Shown here: positions 20,352-29,160 of the stretch, one piece after another
Layout: every line of letters starts with the position of its first letter
Position numbering within the stretch: the first letter of the stretch is position 1
Assembly (NCBI GenBank): GCA_964647405.1
Contig: CAZYHW010000002.1
Location: 4,130 to 51,800 of the forward strand
DNA from: an uncultured Prevotellamassilia sp.
GTDB taxonomy: Bacteria; Bacteroidota; Bacteroidia; Bacteroidales; Bacteroidaceae
Length of the DNA stretch: 47,671 nt
Direction: 5' to 3'
Program-made: the position numbers and the translations under genes
Notes under the pieces: generated by a model
Told to the model about the DNA's origin: nothing
Seen by the model: only the letters and a program-made list of their open reading frames with translations
The model's database searches: none

Positions 20352-22256
20352 TCAGGAATTCATCGACATCAGGAACTCCTCGTTGTTCCGTGTTCCCTCC
20401 ATCCGACGTTTCAAATCCGTCATGGCTTCGAGCGAGGTCATGTCCGAGATGTATTTCCTCAGCACCCACATACGGTTGAGCGTCTGGGCATCTTGCAGGA
20501 GGTCGTCGCGGCGGGTGGATGAGGCCACGATGTTCACGGCGGGGAAGATACGTTTGTTGCTCAACGTGCGGTCGAGCTGCAGCTCCATGTTACCCGTCCC
20601 CTTGAATTCCTCAAAGATGACCTCGTCCATTTTCGAGCCGGTGTCGATGAGAGCCGTCGCGATAATGGTCAGCGACCCGCCTCCCTCGATGTTACGCGCC
20701 GCGCCGAAGAAACGCTTGGGCTTTTGCAGGGCGTTGGCATCGACACCGCCCGAGAGGACTTTGCCCGAAGCGGGCGAAACCGTATTATATGCCCTCGCCA
20801 ACCGGGTGATGGAGTCGAGGAAAATGACGACATCGTGTCCGCACTCTACCATGCGTTTGGCTTTTTCCAGGACAATGCCGGCAATCTTGACATGGCGGGC
20901 GGCGGGCTCGTCGAACGTCGAGGCTATCACCTCGGCATTGACCGTGCGCGCCATGTCCGTCACCTCTTCCGGGCGTTCGTCGATGAGCAGCATCATCAGG
21001 TACGTGTCGGGGTGGTTCTTGGCAATGGCGTTCGCGATTTCCTTCATCAGGATTGTCTTACCCGTCTTGGGCTGCGCCACGATGAGGGCGCGTTGTCCCT
21101 TGCCTATCGGTGTGAAAAGGTCGACAATGCGCACGGACATGGAATCGCCTTGGCCGGTGCAGAGGTTGAACTTCTCGTCCGGGAACAGCGGTGTGAGGTG
21201 TTCGAAAGGCACGCGGTCGCGTATTTCAGCCGGCGTAAGACCGTTTATCTTCGTCACACTGACGAGGGGGAAATACTTCTCGCCCTCCTTAGGCACGCGG
21301 ACAGGTCCCTCAACAATGTCGCCGGACTTCAAACCATACATCCTTATCTGGTTCTGCGAGACATAAATGTCGTCGGGCGAAGAGAGGTAATTGTAGTCCG
21401 ACGAACGCAGGAAGCCGTAACCGTCGGGAATGATTTCGAGAACCCCGTTCCCCGTCAGGATGTCGTCGAAGTTGAACACCGGCGTGCGCGGTGCAGCCGG
21501 CGAGGCCGTAGCGGGAGCTTCCCACACGGGAGCCTCCGAGGCGACGGGAGCGGGTCTGCTGGGCTCGAACTTCTCGGGAACAACGTTTGAGAACGATTCG
21601 TAGGCATCAACGTTGATGACGGGTATGTCCTCAATGGGGATGAAATCTACCTCCGGAGTTCCGGACAATGCTTCAACAGTTTCAACAGACGGAGCAGCCG
21701 CAGCTGCCTCGTCCGGAGCGGCCACGGTTTCCTGCTCCTGTGTGCTTTCCTGAACCGGCTGGGAATCTCCGACCACCGCCTCAGGTTGTCCGCCCGTTTC
21801 CTCCTCTGCTACTTGTGGCAGGGGAAGTTCCTGCGCGGCTTCCGGTTCGGGCAGGGGGAGTTCGGCTCGTACGGGATTGGAAGATAGCGGGAACAGCGGG
21901 GGCATCTCGTCCATCTCGATAGCTATCGGATTCTCGGGGAGCAGTGCGTCGGCTTTCGTGGTACGCCGGCGGCGCTTCGGCTCGCCCTCGGTGGCAGGTT
22001 TCTTCTTTTCAAAACTTTCCGTCTTGGTCTTTGATGCGGAATAAACATGGTCGACATCTTTCTTGACAATGCGTGTCCGTCGCTTGGGAGCAGACTTCTG
22101 TTGCACGGCACTCTGCTCGGCCTGCACGTCAAGAATGCTGTAAATCAACGTTTCCTTGTCGGCAGAAGAGGAGGCGTCGGCATGAAGTTCCTGAGCGAGT
22201 TCGCGCAATTCAGCCTCTTCTTTGCTGTTCAATTGCTCTTTGGTGTAAAGTGGCAT
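20352..22256 (-). CDS. rho: transcription termination factor Rho with long N-terminal insertion
   Basis: [39 protein letters not shown] and [12 protein letters not shown]. Confidence 0.98.
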   Translation of the reverse strand: MPLYTKEQLNSKEEAELRELAQELHADASSSADKETLIYSILDVQAEQSAVQQKSAPKRRTRIVKKDVDHVYSASKTKTESFEKKKPATEGEPKRRRRTTKADALLPENPIAIEMDEMPPLFPLSSNPVRAELPLPEPEAAQELPLPQVAEEETGGQPEAVVGDSQPVQESTQEQETVAAPDEAAAAAPSVETVEALSGTPEVDFIPIEDIPVINVDAYESFSNVVPEKFEPSRPAPVASEAPVWEAPATASPAAPRTPVFNFDDILTGNGVLEIIPDGYGFLRSSDYNYLSSPDDIYVSQNQIRMYGLKSGDIVEGPVRVPKEGEKYFPLVSVTKINGLTPAEIRDRVPFEHLTPLFPDEKFNLCTGQGDSMSVRIVDLFTPIGKGQRALIVAQPKTGKTILMKEIANAIAKNHPDTYLMMLLIDERPEEVTDMARTVNAEVIASTFDEPAARHVKIAGIVLEKAKRMVECGHDVVIFLDSITRLARAYNTVSPASGKVLSGGVDANALQKPKRFFGAARNIEGGGSLTIIATALIDTGSKMDEVIFEEFKGTGNMELQLDRTLSNKRIFPAVNIVASSTRRDDLLQDAQTLNRMWVLRKYISDMTSLEAMTDLKRRMEGTRNNEEFLMSMNS

Positions 22257-22451
22257 TACAGGTGTGGTTTATCCCTACGGGCACGGCAATCCTTTCACGA
22301 TGCCGCAAGTAGGTTGGATTAAGTATTTGTGATTCTGTATATTCGATGAGTGAAAAATCACAGGAGTGAACTTTCCACAGCGCAAAAGTACGACTTTTCT
22401 CCATACTGACCGTCCACAAACTTTCTTTTTTTAATTAATTTCGCCCGCCGT

Positions 22452-24353
22452 ATGGCAACGAATATTCCTTACTTGGACGTACAGAGACTTTCCAAGCATT
22501 TCGGCGACCTGGTGTTGTTCGAAAACATTTCATTCTCCGTTTCCGAGGGGCAGAAAGTCGGTTTGATAGCCCGGAACGGCACAGGAAAATCAACCCTGCT
22601 CGATATCCTTAACGGTGAAGAGGACTACGACAGTGGGCAAATCACTTACAGGCGCGACCTGCGGGTGGGCTACCTCAGACAGACACCCCGCTACCCGGAA
22701 GGCCTCACCGTGATGGAGGCTTGCTTCTGGCATGGAAACGCGACCACCGACCTCATACGACGTTACGAGAAGTGCCTCGCCACACCGGGAACGCCCGGAA
22801 TCGACGACCTCATCGAGCAGATGGACAAGCAAAAGGCCTGGGACTACGAACTGCAAGCCCGCCAAATCCTTACGAAACTTGACATCAGGGACTTCGACCA
22901 GCCGATCGCCCAGCTTTCGGGCGGACAGCGGAAACGCATCGCCCTCGCCAACGCCCTGCTCACCACCCCCGACCTGCTCATCCTCGACGAGCCGACCAAC
23001 CATCTCGACCTCGCCATGATTGAATGGCTGGAAAACTATCTGCGGCGCAACGTCCGCAGCCTGCTCCTCGTCACACACGACCGCTACTTCCTCGACCGGG
23101 TTTGCTCGGACATCATCGAGCTGGCCGACCATACCTTATATACTTACCACGGGGCATACGACTATTACCTGGAAAAGCGCGAGGAACGCCTGGAAGCCGC
23201 CAACGCCTCCACCGCACGCGCCAAGAACCTTTATCGTAAGGAGTTGGAATGGATGCGTCGCATGCCGTCGGCCCGGGGACACAAGGCGCGTTACCGGAAA
23301 GAGGCTTTCGCCGAACTGGAACAGGCCGCCAAACAGCGGATGCACGAACGTGCCACACGCCTCGACGTGAAAAGCAGTTACATCGGGAGCAAGATTTTCG
23401 AGGCCGAGTATGTCTCGAAGAGTTTCGGCGACGACAAAGTCATCCTGAAAGACTTCTACTACAACTTCTCGCGTTTCGAGAAAATGGGCATCATCGGGAA
23501 GAACGGCTCGGGCAAGTCCACGTTTGTCAAGATGCTGCTCGGGATGGTCAGCCCCGACAGCGGCCGCTTCGTCATCGGCTCGACGGTGCGTTTCGGCTAC
23601 TTCTCACAGGAAGAGATGCCCTTCGACCCACGCACGAAAGTCATCGACGTCGTTCGCGACATCGCCGAGACCGTAGACCTCGGCGGCGGGCGGAAGCTCA
23701 CAGCCCAACAGTTCCTCCAACACTTCCTTTTCACGCCCGAGAAGCAGTATGCATACGTCAGCAAGCTCAGCGGCGGCGAACGGAGACGGCTTCAACTCTG
23801 CACCGTGCTCATGCGCGCGCCCAACTTCCTCGTGCTCGACGAACCGACCAACGACCTCGACATCACGACGCTGCAAGTGCTCGAAGAGTATCTCTCCGAC
23901 TTCCGAGGGTGCGTCATTGTCGTGAGTCACGATCGTTATTTCATGGACAAGATTGTCGACCACCTGCTCGTATTCCATGGCGACGGAAAAGTGGAGGACT
24001 TTCCGGGAAACTACACCCAATACCGGGAATGGGAGGAAGCACGACAGGAAGAAGCGCAGCAGAAGAACAAAACGGAACAGAAGCCACAGGGCGGCCAGAC
24101 CGCGGCGAAGGAAAGGCGACAACGCAACGAGGAGAAACGGCGACTGACCTTCAAGGAACGCAAGGAGATGGAAGCACTGGAAGAGGACATCGAACGTCTC
24201 GAAAAAGAGAAGAAGGAAATCGAAACCGCCCTATGCAGCGGCTCGCTGGCGGTCGACGAGATTACGACCATGAGCAAACGGCTGCCCGTACTCCAAGAAG
24301 AACTCGACACGAAGTCCATGAGATGGCTCGAGCTTTCTGAAATAGAAGGCTGA
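22452..24353 (+). CDS. ABC-F family ATPase (Uup-like)
   Basis: Two NBDs (NGTGKST/LSGGQ/ILDEPTNHLD and [22 protein letters not shown]); C-terminal coiled coil ending RWLELSE. Confidence 0.92.
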   Translation: MATNIPYLDVQRLSKHFGDLVLFENISFSVSEGQKVGLIARNGTGKSTLLDILNGEEDYDSGQITYRRDLRVGYLRQTPRYPEGLTVMEACFWHGNATTDLIRRYEKCLATPGTPGIDDLIEQMDKQKAWDYELQARQILTKLDIRDFDQPIAQLSGGQRKRIALANALLTTPDLLILDEPTNHLDLAMIEWLENYLRRNVRSLLLVTHDRYFLDRVCSDIIELADHTLYTYHGAYDYYLEKREERLEAANASTARAKNLYRKELEWMRRMPSARGHKARYRKEAFAELEQAAKQRMHERATRLDVKSSYIGSKIFEAEYVSKSFGDDKVILKDFYYNFSRFEKMGIIGKNGSGKSTFVKMLLGMVSPDSGRFVIGSTVRFGYFSQEEMPFDPRTKVIDVVRDIAETVDLGGGRKLTAQQFLQHFLFTPEKQYAYVSKLSGGERRRLQLCTVLMRAPNFLVLDEPTNDLDITTLQVLEEYLSDFRGCVIVVSHDRYFMDKIVDHLLVFHGDGKVEDFPGNYTQYREWEEARQEEAQQKNKTEQKPQGGQTAAKERRQRNEEKRRLTFKERKEMEALEEDIERLEKEKKEIETALCSGSLAVDEITTMSKRLPVLQEELDTKSMRWLELSEIEG

Positions 24354-24369
24354 CGGCCTTTCCGTCACA

Positions 24370-24428
24370 TCTATCAGCCGGTTAGTTTGGACAGGTCGGC
24401 GACCCGTCCAAACTAACCGGCGACTCAT
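24370..24428. repeat. 21-bp-period palindrome array 7 (3 units)
   Basis: Centres at 24378, 24399, 24420; the array also forms a long hairpin 24377-24421. Confidence 0.88.
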
Positions 24429-24568
24429 TCCATAACTAACAGGACGGGGGAAGAAAGACACACCTCCCCCGGGGGCATCTCGCCGAAACCGACAAAAAAA
24501 CCAAACATACGAGAATAATATTCAGTTAAAATGTGTAATTTTGTCGCCGTAAGCACATCGCGACCCGA

Positions 24569-25177
24569 ATGAAGCTGATACTCATGACCGTGCCCTATTT
24601 TTTCGTCGAGGAACACCAGATTCTGACGGCGCTTTTCGACGAGGGGCTCGAGATACTCCATATAAGGAAACCGCACACCGAACCCATATATTCCGAGCGA
24701 CTGCTCACGCTAATCCCCGAATGTTATAGAAAGCGGGTCGTCGTGCACGACCATTTCTACTTGAAAAACGAATACAAGCTGCTGGGCATCCACCTGAACC
24801 AGCGTAACCCGCAACCACCCGCCGGATATAAGGGACACATCAGTTGTTCCTGCCACACTATCGAGGAAGTCAGGGCGCAGAAAAACGTATGTAACTACGT
24901 CTTGCTCAGCCCTATTTTTGACAGTGTGTCCAAACCGGACTACCCCAGCACGTTCCCGGACGAAACGTTGAAGCAATACGCCCGGCAAGGCTGGCTGGAC
25001 AAGAAAGTGGTCGCGCTGGGTGGCATCACGCTCGACAACATCGGCCGGGTCAAGGACTACGGTTTCGGCGGCGCTGTCGTATTGGGCGACATCTGGAACC
25101 GCTTCGACATACACACGACGCACGACTACAAGGATTTGATTATCCATTTCCGGAAACTGCGGAAAGCAATAGACTAA
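24569..25177 (+). CDS. thiamine phosphate synthase family protein (ThiE/TenI-like)
   Basis: LHIRKP, GIHL, SCSCHT, LSPIFDSVSK and VALGGIT. Confidence 0.85.
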   Translation: MKLILMTVPYFFVEEHQILTALFDEGLEILHIRKPHTEPIYSERLLTLIPECYRKRVVVHDHFYLKNEYKLLGIHLNQRNPQPPAGYKGHISCSCHTIEEVRAQKNVCNYVLLSPIFDSVSKPDYPSTFPDETLKQYARQGWLDKKVVALGGITLDNIGRVKDYGFGGAVVLGDIWNRFDIHTTHDYKDLIIHFRKLRKAID

Positions 25178-25207
25178 CGAACATTCATCTTATAACAAAC
25201 AAGCACA

Positions 25208-26143
25208 ATGAACGACAATTCATTCATGGTATTCTCCGGCACGAAGTCAAGATATTTGGCCGAGAAAATCTGTGCCAGCCTGAACTGCCCCCTCGGCAAT
25301 CTGTTGATTACGCACTTTGCCGACGGCGAGTTCTCCGTCAGCTACGAGGACTCCATCCGCGGACGCGACGTCTTCCTCGTCCAGTCCACCTTCCCCAACT
25401 CCGACAACCTCATGGAGCTCCTCTTGATGATTGACGCGGCCAAGCGTGCTTCCGCCCACAGCATCATCGCCGTGGTGCCCTACTTCGGATGGGCCCGGCA
25501 AGACCGCAAGGACAAGCCCCGTGTATCCATCGGCGCAAAGCTCGTCGCCGACCTGCTCAGCGTCGCCGGAATCGACAGGTTAATCACGATGGACCTGCAC
25601 GCAGACCAGGAGCAGGGCTTCTTCGATGTGCCCGTGGACCATCTGTATGCCTCGACCATCATGCTGCCCTACGTCAAGGGACTGAACCTGCCTAACCTCT
25701 GCATCGCCACACCCGACGTGGGTGGTTCGAAGCGTGCCAGCACGTATGCCAAATACCTGGATTGTCCGCTCGTCCTGTGCAATAAGACCCGGAAGAAAGC
25801 CAATGTGGTCGAAGCAATGCAGATTATCGGCGATGTGAAGGGTATGGATGTCATCTTGGTCGACGACATCGTTGACACGGCCGGCACCATCACCAAGGCG
25901 GCCGACCTGATGATGGCCAACGGCGCACGGAGCGTGAGAGCCATCGCCTCTCACTGCGTGATGTCGGGGCCTGCCACGGAGCGTGTCGAGGCTTCGGCTT
26001 TGGAAGAGATAGTGTTCACGGACAGCATCCCCTACCCCCACACGTGCGGCAAGGTGAAACAACTGACCGTTGCGGACATGTTCGCTGAAACGATTCGCCG
26101 CGTAATGGCAAACGAAAGCATCAGCTCGCAATACCTTATCTGA
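25208..26143 (+). CDS. prs: ribose-phosphate pyrophosphokinase
   Basis: FADGE, PYFGWARQDRK, MDLHA and LVDDIVDTAGT. Confidence 0.97.
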   Translation: MNDNSFMVFSGTKSRYLAEKICASLNCPLGNLLITHFADGEFSVSYEDSIRGRDVFLVQSTFPNSDNLMELLLMIDAAKRASAHSIIAVVPYFGWARQDRKDKPRVSIGAKLVADLLSVAGIDRLITMDLHADQEQGFFDVPVDHLYASTIMLPYVKGLNLPNLCIATPDVGGSKRASTYAKYLDCPLVLCNKTRKKANVVEAMQIIGDVKGMDVILVDDIVDTAGTITKAADLMMANGARSVRAIASHCVMSGPATERVEASALEEIVFTDSIPYPHTCGKVKQLTVADMFAETIRRVMANESISSQYLI

Positions 26144-26171
26144 ACAGATTCCTCTCAACAAAGCACAAAAT

Positions 26172-26208
26172 GTTTGGGGCAGCCCGGTTCGACCGAGCTG
26201 CCCCAAAC
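26172..26208. terminator. hairpin between convergent prs and DUF4923 genes
   Basis: GTTTGGGGCAGC...GCTGCCCCAAAC stem with a small loop; probably bidirectional. Confidence 0.7.
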
Positions 26209-26232
26209 GTGTTAAAAAGGATAGGCTATTCC

Positions 26233-26859
26233 TTACTTCGTGAACTTCATCCCGAGTTGCAGTCCGTCGTAGTTATTCAACAGCGAGGTCACCGTCGACA
26301 ACGTACTGCTCGAAGGGGCAAGCGAGGTGATGGACGAAACCAGCGTCAACAGCTTGTCGGCCTCCACAGCCAGCTGCAAGGTGCTCCCAGTCTTCTTCAC
26401 GTTGGCCGAAAGCGTCGTGTAATTGAGCTTTTTGAGCGTGAGCGTGGCATCGGAAACCTCATAAGTGCCGCTAATCGAGTGGCCGTTGAACTCACAAGTA
26501 TATTTGCCACCACTTTCGAACGTGAGTTTTACGTCGCCCTCACTAAGTCCGATTTTCTCCAAGACACTTGCCATTTTTTCTTCGATGGTCGACGCGGCCA
26601 CCGTGCCGCCCAGTTTGCTCAGAATCTGGTCGGATTCGAGCACGAGAACCGGCTCGGAATAAGTCCATGTACCCACCAAATCCTCTGCCGTCACCTCGGA
26701 CACACCGAGCAGGGAAGCGACATAATCCGTCGCCGTCTCGACAACGCTACTGCTTGAAGCAACCTTTTTCAATACGTCGCCAAGCGACTGTGCAGGCAGA
26801 CTGACACAGCAAACCTGGAACAAGGCAACGAAAAGACCAGCTTTCAAAATTTTCCTCAT
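26233..26859 (-). CDS. DUF4923 family exported protein
   Basis: Signal peptide; DLVGTWTYSEP...LGGTVAASTIEEK...YDGLQLGMKF. Confidence 0.75.
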   Translation of the reverse strand: MRKILKAGLFVALFQVCCVSLPAQSLGDVLKKVASSSSVVETATDYVASLLGVSEVTAEDLVGTWTYSEPVLVLESDQILSKLGGTVAASTIEEKMASVLEKIGLSEGDVKLTFESGGKYTCEFNGHSISGTYEVSDATLTLKKLNYTTLSANVKKTGSTLQLAVEADKLLTLVSSITSLAPSSSTLSTVTSLLNNYDGLQLGMKFTK

Positions 26860-26882
26860 GACTTTTGTTTTATATAATTTCC

Positions 26883-28718
26883 TTATTTGATAACCATCTT
26901 CCGGGTTCCCGTGGCCGACTGGAACAAGTAGATGCCTTTGGAAAGCCCTTTGCTGGCTTCGGCCACGCTCTTCGCTTCGAGCACCCGGCGACCGTCAATC
27001 GTGAACACCGTGACCGCACCATCGACTACCGGACTGGAAATTCCCGTGGCCGTAGCTTCGAGGAAGTCGAAGCTGACCACATTGTCAACGAGGGCGATGT
27101 TGTAAAGTGGCTGCCCCATGTAATCACCGTTGTTCACTTCTGCCGCCGGCGTGGAGGTGTCCGTCAGCTCCGTTTTCCCGTCCGTACCGTCCCAGAGGTC
27201 GCCTGCAATCATGCTGAAATCCAGAGAGCCTGACGCATTATAATAGTCCTTGGAATTGTCGGCGGGGATATACGTGTAACGCAGACGGGAAGCATTCGTG
27301 TTGACCGTGTTATACCTCCACAGGGTGGCGTTATAATCGATGTGGGTCACCAGCATCCCCGCCCCCATCAGCGACGAGAACCACTTGTTGTCCGGTTTGC
27401 GGTTTTCGAGTATATAATATTCCAATCCGCTGCCTTCCGAATTGACGATGCGGTAGGCGCGCGTCCCCTCCTCGTCGGACAGGGGGCGCAACTCATAGCT
27501 TCCTGCTTCGGTGAGGTCTTCTATTTCAAGCCAGCCGAGGACATTACGCTCGTAGGCGGTCAAGGGTGTCGGCACAAAGCCATCATACCACCACTCGCCG
27601 TTGTCCATGAGCGACCAAAAGTCCATCGCCTGCACCAGATAGTTGCCTTGGGCATCCGTGGACGAGTAGACATCATACACATCGGGCAGCCCCAAGGCAT
27701 GGCAGAACTCATGGGCAAACACACCTATCCCGTTCAAGTATGAAGCGACCTGAGTGTCGCCCGAATAACTGCATAATTCCTCATTGACAACGAGAAAAGA
27801 CTTCAAGGTTGTGCCCGAGATGGAAGCCCCGGACACCGAAGCCATGCTCGCCCAAAGGAGGTCGTCGGCATCCGACCCATAGGCAGCATGTTCCCCCTCA
27901 CCGGCATAATAGATGGTGAGCAAAGGAATACTCCCATTCACTGTGAAATCCGAGGGGTCAATGCCTGCCTGTGTCAGATAGTCAAGGCATTCCGACAAAA
28001 GATTTATCTTGTTGACATCTATGGTACCATCCGACGAATTGGCACCGTAGTAGTCATGGTCGTACTGCGCCGTCATCCGCCCGACGATACGGAACTCCGG
28101 ACGGAACAGGCCATAGCTGTTGTCCACGAAGTACTCGCGCAAACTGCCAACCGACCCATATTTATCCGTGTAGGAATCGGAATTCATCTGTTCGTCAAGC
28201 GTTTCCTCGTCAGCAAGGGAGAACGGAAGGTCGGGGAAATCGACCATGATGACGGGGATGACCACGTCTCCGACACTGGGAACATCGCCATTGGCCGACT
28301 GCCCATACACGCCAAGTCCGTTGGACTGGGGGGTATTCGCGGAACGGGTGGATACGGGTGCCGTCCCGCTGCCACCATTCCGCAGGCTGAACGCATCGGC
28401 CACGCTGATGGCCGACTGTGCGATGAAGTCAGTTTCTTCCGTCTGGCGTTCTCCCACATTGTGTGCCACGACGGCCGAAACCGTAAGGCTGTCGCCACCG
28501 GCGGACTGCACATAACACAAGTCGCCGGCGGAATTGCGCAGGAGCGCCCACCCGTCGGACGTGGCATAAAAGCCGATATGGCCGTCGCCCACGCGCCTGA
28601 CCTGCACTTGCGTGCCGTCGCTCTGGCTGACTGTAAACAAACGGCGGAGCGGTGTCGCTGCGAACACATTAATACCCGCCATCAAGACTATCAACAGGAC
28701 GAGAAAAATCCTTTTCAT
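26883..28718 (-). CDS. M6 (immune inhibitor A-like) metalloprotease with T9SS-type C-terminal domain
   Basis: Signal peptide; GSLREYFVDNSYG, IGVFAHEFCHALGLPD, WSLMDNG and EYYILENR; ends KGIYL...RKMVIK. Confidence 0.9.
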   Translation of the reverse strand: MKRIFLVLLIVLMAGINVFAATPLRRLFTVSQSDGTQVQVRRVGDGHIGFYATSDGWALLRNSAGDLCYVQSAGGDSLTVSAVVAHNVGERQTEETDFIAQSAISVADAFSLRNGGSGTAPVSTRSANTPQSNGLGVYGQSANGDVPSVGDVVIPVIMVDFPDLPFSLADEETLDEQMNSDSYTDKYGSVGSLREYFVDNSYGLFRPEFRIVGRMTAQYDHDYYGANSSDGTIDVNKINLLSECLDYLTQAGIDPSDFTVNGSIPLLTIYYAGEGEHAAYGSDADDLLWASMASVSGASISGTTLKSFLVVNEELCSYSGDTQVASYLNGIGVFAHEFCHALGLPDVYDVYSSTDAQGNYLVQAMDFWSLMDNGEWWYDGFVPTPLTAYERNVLGWLEIEDLTEAGSYELRPLSDEEGTRAYRIVNSEGSGLEYYILENRKPDNKWFSSLMGAGMLVTHIDYNATLWRYNTVNTNASRLRYTYIPADNSKDYYNASGSLDFSMIAGDLWDGTDGKTELTDTSTPAAEVNNGDYMGQPLYNIALVDNVVSFDFLEATATGISSPVVDGAVTVFTIDGRRVLEAKSVAEASKGLSKGIYLFQSATGTRKMVIK

Positions 28719-28901
28719 GGGTTACATTTTCTATAAATTAGCGCGACAAAGGTACGACTTATAAGAAAAAAGATGTAACTGATACGCCCTATTACCGTTA
28801 CGCCTTTACAAAAAATAACATGAGGCGGATATGTCCACCCCGGAAACCGATGTCGCCGGTCCGACCCGCAGGACGGACAACCTACTTGCCATCCCGCCCG
28901 G

Positions 28902-28960
28902 ACAAGTCGCCGGACAGGAAAAACGGTCAGCCGGACAGGCGGAACAGGTCGCCGACTTGG
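28902..28960. repeat. 21-bp-period palindrome array 8 (3 units; further degenerate units at 28853-28889)
   Basis: Centres at 28910, 28931, 28952; right halves CGGACAGG in two units. Confidence 0.82.
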
Positions 28961-29085
28961 AATTGCCCGCCATACATCCCCGATGCAGGCAGCCATACCG
29001 GAGGGAGGCAGTAGCCTGCCCGCACGACACCGGACACGAACGGGAAGTACGCGCCGCCCGTTGTTTACATGGAATCACCTGTTGG

Positions 29086-29125
29086 AAAAAAGAATCCGGC
29101 GACGTGCAGCCACGCCACCGGATTC
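29086..29125 (-). terminator. terminator after sulfatase gene
   Basis: GAATCCGG...CCGGATTC imperfect stem with a minus-strand T run. Confidence 0.6.
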
Positions 29126-29160
29126 CTGATTTTCTTGCAATAAAGGGAAATAGCTCTCCC

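Noticed and set aside
24430-24568. TPP riboswitch upstream of the thiE-like gene
   Set aside because: No CTGAGA/ACCTG core seen, and the -7 element lies only ~25 nt before the ATG.
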